From an uncultured Thermoleophilaceae bacterium (GTDB taxonomy: Bacteria > Actinomycetota > Thermoleophilia > Solirubrobacterales > Thermoleophilaceae), in the NCBI GenBank assembly GCA_963808545.1, contig CAWEGB010000008.1, positions 539,388 to 579,387 on the forward strand: a stretch of DNA of 40,000 nucleotides. The letters run 5' to 3'. The notes beneath the pieces are model-generated. The model did not search any database and was not told the origin of the DNA. It saw nothing but the letters and a program-made list of their open reading frames with translations. Positions within the stretch are counted from its first letter, which is position 1; every line of letters starts with the position of its first letter. The position numbers and the translations under genes are program-made. Of the stretch, positions 8,002 to 16,131 are shown one piece after another.

Positions 8002-8376
8002 TTAGCGCGAGCCCTTGCTCACGACGAACTTGTTCGGCGTCCCCTCGAGCGCGCTGTCGGGCTCCGGCCGCCACAGCACGTGGTCCTCGATCTCGCGCGC
8101 CAGGGCGAAGTCCTTGTCGGTGATGCCACCGCTCGAGTGCGTCTGCAGCTTCACCCACACCTTGCCCCAGGTCACGGCCAGGTCGGGGTGATGGTAGGCC
8201 GCCTCGGACAGGTAGCCGACCGTGTTGACGAGCATGAGCGTTGTAGGCCAGCCGTCGGTGTTGTACTTGCGCCGCAGCCACCCGCCGTCGAGGTACCAAC
8301 CGTCGAGGCCGTCCTCCTGGATCTTGGCCTCGACCTCCTCGTCCGTGTACGGCTCGAGCTTTACATTCGTCTCCAC
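8002..8376 (-). CDS. Pterin-4a-carbinolamine dehydratase (PCD/DcoH) family protein
   Basis: 124 codons from GTG 8376, preceded by AAGGAGG 8 nt upstream. An alternative GTG at 8400 forms a TAGTG overlap with the SDR stop. The sequence ..GWPTTLMLVNTVGYLSEAAYHHPDLAVTWGKVWVKLQTH.. is PCD-like. The upstream part of the 194-aa track ORF is not coding. Confidence 0.75.
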   Translation of the reverse strand: METNVKLEPYTDEEVEAKIQEDGLDGWYLDGGWLRRKYNTDGWPTTLMLVNTVGYLSEAAYHHPDLAVTWGKVWVKLQTHSSGGITDKDFALAREIEDHVLWRPEPDSALEGTPNKFVVSKGSR

Positions 8377-8399
8377 TGCGATCGCCTCCTTCGAGGGCA

Positions 8400-9182
8400 C
8401 TACATCACAACGCCGCCGTTGACGTAGATGGCCTGACCGGTGACGAACGCGGCCTCGGGTGACGCGAGCCAGAGCGCGGCCGCGGCGACGTCCTCCGGCC
8501 GGCCCCAGCGTGCGAGCGGCGTGGACTCCGCGACCGAGCGGTGGAACTCGCGGTCGACCTCCCGCGCGAACTCGGTCTCGATCCACCCCGGGCAGAGCAC
8601 GTTGACGCGAACCAGGGGCGCTTGGCCACGCGCCAGGCTCTTGCTGAAGGCGAGCACGCCGCCTTTGACGGTGCTGAACAGCTCGGGGTTCTCGCCAGCC
8701 ATTCCAGCGAGCACGTGGTCCCAGCTCATGTTCACGATGGTCCCACCGGTGGGCTGCTCGCGCATCACCTCACCGGCGGCGTACGAGCACGCGACGGTCC
8801 CCTTGAGGTCGACCGCCAGCAGGAGGTCGAGCTTTCGCTCCCAGCCGCAGTCGGCTGCCTCGCCGGTCAGCACATCCGCGCCGGCGTTGTTCACCCACAC
8901 GTCGAGGCCGCCCAGCTGTTCCCGCGCATGCTCCACCAGCGCCTCGCAGGCGCCGCGGGTACTGAGATCCGCCTGGGCCAGTAGTGCGCGGCCACCGAGG
9001 CGCGCGATCCGCTCGGCGACCGCCGACGCCCCCTTCGCACTGTCCCGGTGCGTCACGAGCACGGCTGCGCCTGCGCCGCCGAACGCCTCGGCGATCGCGG
9101 CGCCGATGCCGCTGCTCGCGCCGGTGACCACGGCCCGCACCCCGTCGAGCCGGCGCCCGCCGATCTGGGCCACCTGGGTCAT
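8400..9182 (-). CDS. Short-chain dehydrogenase/reductase (SDR) with atypical active-site segment
   Basis: 260-aa ORF with TGASSGIGAAIA Rossmann motif, NNAG and IVNMS. Where YxxxK is expected the sequence reads F-S-T-V-K. First gene of the long minus-strand operon. Confidence 0.85.
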   Translation of the reverse strand: MTQVAQIGGRRLDGVRAVVTGASSGIGAAIAEAFGGAGAAVLVTHRDSAKGASAVAERIARLGGRALLAQADLSTRGACEALVEHAREQLGGLDVWVNNAGADVLTGEAADCGWERKLDLLLAVDLKGTVACSYAAGEVMREQPTGGTIVNMSWDHVLAGMAGENPELFSTVKGGVLAFSKSLARGQAPLVRVNVLCPGWIETEFAREVDREFHRSVAESTPLARWGRPEDVAAAALWLASPEAAFVTGQAIYVNGGVVM

Positions 9183-10110
9183 GAGCCTGCCCGACTATAC
9201 GATGCCCCAGATGCCGGTCAAGCAGGGCCCGCGCCGCAGCCCGGCCTCGACGGCCGGGGTCGCCCGTCTCGGCCCCGAGGACGTCGCGCGCGCCGCGCAG
9301 CTGGCCTGTGTGCTGGAGGCAAGCGCCGAGAAGCCGGGCAACATCACGCCGAGCCACGACTTCGATGACACCACGTACGAGGACATGCTGTACAGCGGGA
9401 TCGCGCTCGGCCCCGAGCTCGGCCGCGCGGGTGAGCGCGGAGTCGGCGAGACGGTGCTGGCCGCCGTTCGCGCCTCGCGCGACGCCGTCGGCGCCAACAC
9501 CAACCTCGGCATCGCGCTGCTGCTTGCTCCGCTCGCGCGAGCGGAGCTCGGAACGTGCGGCGGACCGCTGCGCGAGCGCCTCGCCAACGTGCTGCGTGCG
9601 CTGACCGTCGAGGACGCGCGAGACGCTTACGCCGCGATCCGCGTGGCGGGCCCCGGCGGCCTCGACGAGCCGGTCGAGCACGACGTGCGCGAGGACCCCC
9701 GCGTGACGCTGCGCGAGGCCATGGCGGCGGCGGCTCAGCGCGACACAATCGCGAGCGAGTACATCACCGACCACGCGGTCACCTTCGAGCTCGGGCTGCC
9801 CGCCCTCGCCAATTCGCTGGGCGACGGGCTGCGTCCGCGCGACGCAATCGTCGAGTTGGCCCTGTGCCTGGTCGCCGCCGTGCCCGACACGCTGATCGCC
9901 CGCAAGCGCGGCGCGGAAGCGGCGGGTCGAGTGTCGGCGGGAGCGCGGCGAGTGCTCGCCGCAGGTGGCGTGCGGAAGGCCGGAGGCTGGACCGCGTTGG
10001 CCGAATTCGACGCCTCGCTACGCGAGGACGGCAACGCGCTCAATCCGGGGACCACGGCCGATCTCGTGACCTCCGTGCTCTTCGTGGCGCTGCTGGAGGG
10101 CGTGCTCTGA
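9181..10110 (+). CDS. Triphosphoribosyl-dephospho-CoA synthase (CitG/MdcB) family protein, H4MPT/methylofuran-island type
   Basis: This is the C-terminal ~300 codons of the 556-aa track ORF. Motifs ..EKPGNITP.., GANTNLGIALLLAPL and NPGTTADL are CitG-like. Start is uncertain: ATG 9181, 9202 or 9211. The upstream part of the track ORF is antisense to the SDR gene. Confidence 0.75.
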   Translation: MSLPDYTMPQMPVKQGPRRSPASTAGVARLGPEDVARAAQLACVLEASAEKPGNITPSHDFDDTTYEDMLYSGIALGPELGRAGERGVGETVLAAVRASRDAVGANTNLGIALLLAPLARAELGTCGGPLRERLANVLRALTVEDARDAYAAIRVAGPGGLDEPVEHDVREDPRVTLREAMAAAAQRDTIASEYITDHAVTFELGLPALANSLGDGLRPRDAIVELALCLVAAVPDTLIARKRGAEAAGRVSAGARRVLAAGGVRKAGGWTALAEFDASLREDGNALNPGTTADLVTSVLFVALLEGVL

Positions 10111-10115
10111 GCCAC

Positions 10116-11273
10116 GTGGGTGAGCCGATCCTGCTGGTCTCGGTCAGCGCGCGCATGCTCGCCGAGCTGGGGGTGAGAGCCGGGCACGACGTCGTGGCGC
10201 TCGACCGCTTCGGAGACCTCGACCTGCAGCGGCTTTGCCCGACCGTGTCCGTGCTGCGCGACCTCGGCGGACGGGGCGGGATGGCGGCGCTGGTGGACGC
10301 GGCGGAGAAGATCCCCGCGCCGAGCGTGATCTACGGCGCGGGACTCGAGAACCGGCCGGATCTTGTCGCCCGGCTGGCTGCCGGCAGGCGGCTGCTCGGG
10401 TGTACCCGCGAGACGCTCGAGCGGGTGCGCGACCCTGCTGTGCTGGGCGCGTCCCTGCGCGCGGCCGGCCTCGCCTACCCGTTGACGTTCGGCGCTCGCG
10501 ACGCACCGCGGCGGGCGGAGCGCTCCCGCCGCTGGCTGCGCAAGCCGGTGCGCGGCGGCGGCGGACGCGGCGTTCGCGAGTGGCGCGGGGGGGCGCTGGA
10601 CCGGGAAGACATCGTGCAGGAGCACATCTCGGGACTCGCATGCTCGGCGGCGGCGGTCGCCGACGGGCGCTCCGCCATCGTGCTCGCTGTGAGCGAGCAG
10701 CTGATCGGGCACCGCGGGCTCGGCGCGCGCGGCTATGCGTGGTGCGGCAACCTCGTGCCGCCGCGGCTCGGAGAGGCGCAGCGACGCGCGCTGGCCGTCG
10801 CCGCGCGGACGATCTGCGCGCACCTGGCGCTCGCGTTCGGACTGCGCGGGCTGTTCGGCGTAGACCTCGTGTGGGACGGCCAGCGCGCCTGGGTCGTCGA
10901 GGTCAACCCGCGTCCGACGGCGTCGCTCGAATGCGTCGAGGAGGCGCACGAGGTCGGCGTCTTCGCCGCCCACCTGGAGGGTTGCGGCGGACGCCTGCCG
11001 TCGATCGCTTCCGCTCGAACACCGCGCCGGGCCGCCGGCAAGGCGATCCTCTTCGCCACGGAGGGCGTGCGCGTCGGTGACACCCGCGGCTGGCCGGCGC
11101 GCGGCATCCGCGACGTGCCTTACCCGCGCGAGCGGGTCGCCGCCGGTCACCCGATCTGCACCCTCGTCTCGATTCAGGAGTCCCCGGATGCGGTTCTCGC
11201 CGATCTCGAGGCGCGCGCCGCCGCGCTCCGCGCCGAGCTTCGTCAGTGCGCCGGGATCCGTGCCCCCGCCTGA
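10116..11273 (+). CDS. ATP-grasp domain protein (cofactor-biosynthesis ligase, MfnD/Orf17-like)
   Basis: GTG 10116 lies 5 nt after the preceding stop. 385 aa with ATP-grasp features (..LRKPVRGGGGRGV.., ..GLFGVDLVWDGQRAWVVEVNPRPTASLE..). The upstream 187 aa of the track ORF is an alternate frame of the CitG-like gene. Confidence 0.75.
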   Translation: MGEPILLVSVSARMLAELGVRAGHDVVALDRFGDLDLQRLCPTVSVLRDLGGRGGMAALVDAAEKIPAPSVIYGAGLENRPDLVARLAAGRRLLGCTRETLERVRDPAVLGASLRAAGLAYPLTFGARDAPRRAERSRRWLRKPVRGGGGRGVREWRGGALDREDIVQEHISGLACSAAAVADGRSAIVLAVSEQLIGHRGLGARGYAWCGNLVPPRLGEAQRRALAVAARTICAHLALAFGLRGLFGVDLVWDGQRAWVVEVNPRPTASLECVEEAHEVGVFAAHLEGCGGRLPSIASARTPRRAAGKAILFATEGVRVGDTRGWPARGIRDVPYPRERVAAGHPICTLVSIQESPDAVLADLEARAAALRAELRQCAGIRAPA

Positions 11274-11296
11274 CGGGCCTATGCTCACGCCGGACC

Positions 11297-12247
11297 GTGA
11301 CGCTCTCGCTCAACGATCGCGCCCAGGAGCTCGCCGACCGCCTCGCCGCCGAGGCCGACGCGCTGCGCTTGAACGTGACAACGCTGCCTGGCGGCACGCG
11401 GTTGATCGACTGCGGCAGCGAAGTTCCCGGCGGGCTCGAGGCAGGACGGCGCTTCGCCGAGATCAGCATGGCCGGCCTCGGCACGGTGTCGTTCGCCCCG
11501 CTCGTGCTCCAGGGCAGCTGGCTCCCGGGGCTCACGGTGGTAACCGATCGCCCTGCGCTCGCCTGTCTGGCGTCCCAGTACGCGGGCTGGCGCCTGGATC
11601 GCGACGAGTACTTCGCCATGGCCAGCGGGCCGGGCCGGGCGCTGATTCGGGCCGAGGAGCTCTACAGCGACCTCGAGGTCGACGAGCGCGCGCGGAGCGC
11701 GGTGCTGTGCCTCGAAACGCGCGAACCGCCGCCGGAGCCGGTCGCCGACTACGTGGCCGAGCGAGCCGGCCTGACGGCCGCGGATCTGACGCTGCTGTTC
11801 GCGCCGACCGCGAGCTTGGCGGGCGGCGTGCAGGTTGCCGCGCGCGTCGTCGAGACCGCGCTGCACAAGCTGCACGAGCTCGAATTCGACGTCGGGCGCG
11901 TGGTGAGCGGCTTCGGGAGTTGCCCGCTGCCGCCGGTCGCCAAGAAGGACCCCGAGGCGATCGGTCGGACGAACGACGCGGTGCTCTACGGCGGCCAGGT
12001 CGAGCTGACCATCGATGCCCCCGACGAAGAGCTCGAGGCGGTCGTGCCGCGCCTGCCGGCCTCGGCCTCGGACGATTACGGTGGGCCGTTTGGCGACGTA
12101 CTCGAGCGGGCGGACTGGGACTTCTACAAGATCGACCCGCTGCTCTTCAGTCCTGCCGAGGTGCGCCTCGTGAGCACGGCGAGCGGACGCAGCTTTCACG
12201 CCGGTGGCGTGGACATCGGGGTCCTCGAGCGGTCCTTTCGGGGATGA
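11297..12247 (+). CDS. mch: Methenyl-tetrahydromethanopterin cyclohydrolase
   Basis: About 316 aa from GTG 11297 (alternative GTG 11246). Full-length Mch resemblance (SLNDRAQELADRL.., ..LACLASQYAGW.., ..NDAVLYGG..). ATGA overlap with the next gene. Confidence 0.9.
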   Translation: MTLSLNDRAQELADRLAAEADALRLNVTTLPGGTRLIDCGSEVPGGLEAGRRFAEISMAGLGTVSFAPLVLQGSWLPGLTVVTDRPALACLASQYAGWRLDRDEYFAMASGPGRALIRAEELYSDLEVDERARSAVLCLETREPPPEPVADYVAERAGLTAADLTLLFAPTASLAGGVQVAARVVETALHKLHELEFDVGRVVSGFGSCPLPPVAKKDPEAIGRTNDAVLYGGQVELTIDAPDEELEAVVPRLPASASDDYGGPFGDVLERADWDFYKIDPLLFSPAEVRLVSTASGRSFHAGGVDIGVLERSFRG

Positions 12248-12825
12248 GGAGACGCCCGCCCGGGCTCGCGATCATCGAGACCGTCACGACGACGATCAAC
12301 CCGGACGGGACGGTGAACTGCGCCGCGATGGGAGTGGAGTGGGGCGACGAGGTCATCGTCATCAAGCCCTTCCGGACGACACGCACGCTGCGCAACCTAC
12401 GTGCGACCGGCGAGGCCGTGGTCAATCTCACCGACGACATACTGCTGTTCACAGAGGCTGCGCTCGGCGATCCGCACCCACCCACGCGGCCCGCGACCAC
12501 GGTAGCCGGCGCCGTGCTGGCGGATGCCTGCTCGTGGCGTGAGGTGACGGTCGAGGCGATCGACGCCAGCGGGCGGCGCGCGCGTGTGACGACGCAGATC
12601 GTGGCGAGCGGGAGCGGGCGCGAGTTCGTCGGCTTCAACCGCGCCTCTTCTGCCGTGCTCGAGGCATCGATCATCGCCTCGCGCTCGCGCTGGCTGGCCG
12701 CTGAGGAGATACGAACCGAGTTGGAGCGCCTCCAGGTGCTCGTCGACAAGACGGCGGGGCCGCAGGAGCGCGAGGCGATGAAGCTCGTGCGGCGTCACGT
12801 GCGCGCCGCGGTGGCCGGCGGATGA
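12244..12825 (+). CDS. DUF447 family protein (split-barrel, H4MPT-biosynthesis associated)
   Basis: 193 codons from ATG 12244, at the end of the 582-aa track ORF. The sequence ..TTINPDGTVNCAAMGVEW..VIKPFRTTRTLRNLRATGEAVVNLTDD.. resembles DUF447 proteins of methanopterin islands. ATGA overlaps on both sides. Confidence 0.65.
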   Translation: MRRRPPGLAIIETVTTTINPDGTVNCAAMGVEWGDEVIVIKPFRTTRTLRNLRATGEAVVNLTDDILLFTEAALGDPHPPTRPATTVAGAVLADACSWREVTVEAIDASGRRARVTTQIVASGSGREFVGFNRASSAVLEASIIASRSRWLAAEEIRTELERLQVLVDKTAGPQEREAMKLVRRHVRAAVAGG

Positions 12826-13763
12826 CGTCGGTTCGCGTGAAGGCGCCCGCGCGTCTGCACATGGGCATGCTTGACGCCGCCGGCGGCGGCGTCCGGCGCT
12901 TCGGCGGCCTCGGGGTCGCCCTCAGCCGCCCCGCCGCGGTCGTCGAGGCGAGCCCGAGCGACGACGTGACCGCCGAGGGCCCTGATGCCGAGCGCGCGCT
13001 CGCCATCGCCCGTCGCTCTAGGGAGGCGCTCGGGCTCTCGGGCGGCGCGCACGTGCGCGTGATGGAGGCGATCCCGCCTCATGTCGGCCTCGGCTCGGGG
13101 ACCAAGCTCGGGCTCGCCGTGGCGGCGGCCCTGGCGGCGCTGGCGGGGCAGACGGCGGAGCCCGAGACGATCGCCCGCGCGGCCGGGCGCGGCGCGCGCT
13201 CCGCGGTCGGCCTGTGGACATTCGTCCTCGGCGGACTGGTCGTGGAGGGCGGCCGGCGTCCCGGCGTGGAGCGCCCAGCCCCGCTGCTCACTCGTCATGC
13301 CATGCCCGGCGAATGGCGCTGCGTGCTCGTGATCCCAGACGCTGAGCCGGGACTCTCGGGGCGGGCGGAGGAGCAGGCGTTCGGGGAGCTGCGTCCCGAC
13401 CCCGACCGCGCCGCGCTGATCGCCCAGCTGGTGCTGACCTCGCTGCTCCCGGGGCTCGCCGAGGGCGGCCTCGCCGAGTTCGGGGACGCCCTCACACGTA
13501 TCCAGCGGCTTGTGGGTGAGTCGTTCGCCTCCGTTCAGGGGGGTGTGTTCCATCCGCGCGCGGGCGACGTTGTCGACACGCTGCTCCGCCTTGGGGCGGC
13601 GGGCGCGGGGCAGAGCTCGTGGGGACCCGCCGCTTACGGGATCGTCGAAGACGAGCCGGCGGGGCGCGAGCTTGCCCGCGGTATCGAGGCCGAGCTGGCC
13701 GGGCGCGGCCGCGTGGAGGTCGTGGGCTTCGACAATCGTGGCGCTCGAGTGGAGGCGGGATGA
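12822..13763 (+). CDS. Beta-ribofuranosylaminobenzene 5'-phosphate (beta-RFAP) synthase family protein, GHMP-kinase fold
   Basis: 313-aa ORF. GHMP motif PPHVGLGSGTKLGLAVAAA and N-terminus VKAPARLHMGMLD, as in archaeal-type beta-RFAP synthases (MptG). A paralogous kinase function cannot be excluded. Confidence 0.75.
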   Translation: MTSVRVKAPARLHMGMLDAAGGGVRRFGGLGVALSRPAAVVEASPSDDVTAEGPDAERALAIARRSREALGLSGGAHVRVMEAIPPHVGLGSGTKLGLAVAAALAALAGQTAEPETIARAAGRGARSAVGLWTFVLGGLVVEGGRRPGVERPAPLLTRHAMPGEWRCVLVIPDAEPGLSGRAEEQAFGELRPDPDRAALIAQLVLTSLLPGLAEGGLAEFGDALTRIQRLVGESFASVQGGVFHPRAGDVVDTLLRLGAAGAGQSSWGPAAYGIVEDEPAGRELARGIEAELAGRGRVEVVGFDNRGARVEAG

Positions 13764-14464
13764 GGCTGCTGGTGAGCGTCATCGACGCCGACGAGGCGCG
13801 CGTGGCCGTCGACGCGGGCGTCGACATCGTCGACGTCAAGAACCCCGCCGAGGGCTCGCTGGGCGCCCCCGCCCCCGGAGTGATCGAGCGAGTCCGGGAG
13901 GTCGTGCCGCCGGAGCACCCGGTCAGCGCCGCGATCGGCGACCTGCCAAACCTGCCCGGCACAGCCGCGCTCGCCGCGCTGGGCGCAGCGCGCTCCGGCG
14001 CCGCGTACGTGAAGGTCGGGCTGTGGGGGACGTCTACCACGGATGAGGCCGTGGCGGTCCTGCGCGCGGTGCGCGACGCGCTCGACGGCGGGGCGGCCGT
14101 GATCGCGGCCGCCTACGCCGACGCCGAGCGCGTGCCCGGCGGGCCTCTGCCGCCCGGGGCCGTCGTCGCGGCCGCACAGAGCGCGGGCGTAGGGGGCTGC
14201 CTGCTCGACACCGCGCTCAAGGACGGCCGCGGGCTGTTCGAATGGCTCACCCCGGAAGCGCTCGCGGCGCTGGTGGCCGAGGGGCACGCCGCGGACCTCG
14301 AGATGGCGCTCGCCGGAGCCCTGCACGCCGACGACCTGAGCGTTGTCCGGGGGACCGGCGCCGACATAGCCGGCGTTCGCTCGGCGGCCTGCCGCGACGG
14401 TCGGCGCACGGAGCCGCTCGACGCCGAGCGAATCGAGCGGCTGCGCGCCATGTGCCAGCGCTAA
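13760..14464 (+). CDS. (5-formylfuran-3-yl)methyl phosphate synthase (MfnB)/DUF556 family protein
   Basis: 234 codons from ATG 13760 (ATGA overlap). MRLLVSVIDADEARVAVDAGVDIVDVKNPAEGSLGA.. is typical of the MfnB family, which makes the furan moiety of methanofuran/methylofuran. Confidence 0.8.
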   Translation: MRLLVSVIDADEARVAVDAGVDIVDVKNPAEGSLGAPAPGVIERVREVVPPEHPVSAAIGDLPNLPGTAALAALGAARSGAAYVKVGLWGTSTTDEAVAVLRAVRDALDGGAAVIAAAYADAERVPGGPLPPGAVVAAAQSAGVGGCLLDTALKDGRGLFEWLTPEALAALVAEGHAADLEMALAGALHADDLSVVRGTGADIAGVRSAACRDGRRTEPLDAERIERLRAMCQR

Positions 14465-14504
14465 CCAGGCCCGGCGTTCCCGATCGGGTCCGTTGACGAC
14501 TCGG

Positions 14505-15437
14505 CTACGCGGCCACGTGCGGCTCGATGAGCCCGACCGCCGCCAGCCGGTGGTGACACATGTCCGCGATGTGCTCGCGCGTCGCATCCGTGACGGCGTC
14601 GCCCCAGACCGAGGCGGCCTCCTCGGCCCGCGCCAGCAGGTCGTCGATGAGCTCTCGGGAGGGCTGGGCCTCGATCAGGCAGCGCAGGCCGAAGCCGATG
14701 TGCCAGCGCTCGTCGAGCTCGACGCGCCGAACGCCCTCGCGTACCCCGGGCAGGGCGTCGTCGGCCAGGTCTTCGCGCAGCGCGTGATGCGCGGCGTCGA
14801 AGATGATCCCCTCGAGCACCATGTGGTAGAGGGCGATGCCCTCGCTCAGCCCGGCGCGCCCCGCAGAGAGCTCGGCGGCCAGCGCGGGCAGCCGCTCCTC
14901 AAAGAGCTCGAGCACGCCGGGGGGGACGTGGGCCCGCGCGGCGGCACGCCGCTTGGCCGGGGTGTCTCCGGGCACGCCGAGCACCTCGGCGGCAATGCGG
15001 TCGAAGAACCGCGCGTGGCGGTCCTCGTCGCGGCGCTGCAGGAAGAAGACCCAGGCCATCAGGCTCTCCTGGGAGGCCAAAGTCGCCTCCCTGGCCGCTT
15101 CGGCGAACGGCGTGATGTGCTCGGAGACCGCGTCCTCGGCCACGCAGAAGCCGGCGAGAAGAGTCATCAGGCGGCGGCGGCGCGCATCCGGAAGCTCCGG
15201 CCACGCGCGCGTGTCCTGGGTGAGGTCGATGGCCGCCGGATTCCACTGCAGGCGGGCCACGACCTTCGAGAAGAAGCTGGGCCAGAAGCTGCGCTTTGGG
15301 AGGACGAAGTGCCCGCCCACCGTACGCTCCCAGAACTGCTCGTCAGCCATGGCGGGCAAGGTACCAAGCGAGATCCGATGTTCCCAGATCTCGTCGAGCG
15401 GTTGCGCCCGTGTGCGGACGCTAACTAGGCGACGCAC
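14505..15437 (-). CDS. Ferritin-like diiron-carboxylate protein, ribonucleotide-reductase R2-like (R2lox/R2c-type, Phe at radical-Tyr position)
   Basis: 310-aa ORF (GTG 15437; alternative ATG 15350). R2 hallmarks: W-NPAAIDLTQD, ligand motifs CVAED, DEDRH (ExxH), VLEGIIF and DERWH (ExxH). The residue four after the first His is Phe (HARFF). No R1 subunit gene nearby. Confidence 0.75.
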   Translation of the reverse strand: MRRLVSVRTRAQPLDEIWEHRISLGTLPAMADEQFWERTVGGHFVLPKRSFWPSFFSKVVARLQWNPAAIDLTQDTRAWPELPDARRRRLMTLLAGFCVAEDAVSEHITPFAEAAREATLASQESLMAWVFFLQRRDEDRHARFFDRIAAEVLGVPGDTPAKRRAAARAHVPPGVLELFEERLPALAAELSAGRAGLSEGIALYHMVLEGIIFDAAHHALREDLADDALPGVREGVRRVELDERWHIGFGLRCLIEAQPSRELIDDLLARAEEAASVWGDAVTDATREHIADMCHHRLAAVGLIEPHVAA

Positions 15438-16131
15438 GCCCCCGGGTCGGCGCCGCCGCCCGTGGCGTCACGAGCGTCCCGTCGCTGCTGCCGTGCTCGA
15501 GCAGTGTCACGAGCCGAGCCGGCTCGCGGCCGTCGAGCACCCACGCCTCGACGCCGGCCGCGTGCAGCGCCTCCGGCAGGTGCTGGTCGACTCCCGCGGC
15601 TCGCCCCGCCGCGCGCAGCTCGGCGAGCTCGCCCACGCTCAGGCGGGCGAGCGGCTCGCCGTCCGCCGGCCAGTCGCGGTAGAGGCCGGCGACCGGCTTG
15701 AGGAGCACCAGGCGCGCGGCATGCCCGGTACCGGCCACCCAGGCGGCGATCGAGTCGGACGTGACCGTCCAAGAGGCGGGCAGGGGGTCCCCCGCGAGCA
15801 GTGCCGCCGGCAGGAGGATCGGCGTCCCCCCGCGCGCGGCGGCGGTGCGGGCTGCCTCGAGGTCCGTGCACCGAACCGCACCGGGGATTAGGTCGGAGAG
15901 GAGCCAGCCGAACTGATCCATCGCGAGGATCGCCATCCGGTGGGCCGTCGCGGCCCGCAGGGCGAAGCGGCTGTCGTGCTCGCGGACGGCGTCCGCGAAA
16001 GCCGCGCCGCCCGGCACGACGAGCAGCGGGTGGCGGGCTCCGGCGTCGCCGATCACGCGGCACAGCGTCCGCAGCGCGCCGCCGCCCGCTTCGCGGGCGA
16101 GCCCGCCGCCGACCTTGACGACGGTCAGCAC
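15421..16131 (-). CDS. Amino-acid kinase (aspartate/glutamate/uridylate kinase) family protein, cofactor-island type
   Basis: 236 codons from GTG 16131, overlapping the upstream gene stop by 7 nt. N-terminal VLTVVKVGGG.. and ..LLVVPGGAAFAD.. are AAK-fold motifs. The upstream 320 aa of the 556-aa track ORF is a Gly/Arg-rich shadow frame. Confidence 0.7.
   Translation of the reverse strand: MLTVVKVGGGLAREAGGGALRTLCRVIGDAGARHPLLVVPGGAAFADAVREHDSRFALRAATAHRMAILAMDQFGWLLSDLIPGAVRCTDLEAARTAAARGGTPILLPAALLAGDPLPASWTVTSDSIAAWVAGTGHAARLVLLKPVAGLYRDWPADGEPLARLSVGELAELRAAGRAAGVDQHLPEALHAAGVEAWVLDGREPARLVTLLEHGSSDGTLVTPRAAAPTRGRASPS

Noticed and set aside
5982-8123. Plus-strand ORFs 5982-6953 (323 aa) and 6966-8123 (385 aa).
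   Set aside because: They are antisense to the dehydrogenase 5' end, the cupredoxin-like gene and the DHPS-like gene. The composition is that of a shadow frame.
9735-11288. 517-aa minus-strand ORF.
   Set aside because: It is antisense to the CitG-like and ATP-grasp genes, with Arg/Ala/Gly-rich composition and no motifs.
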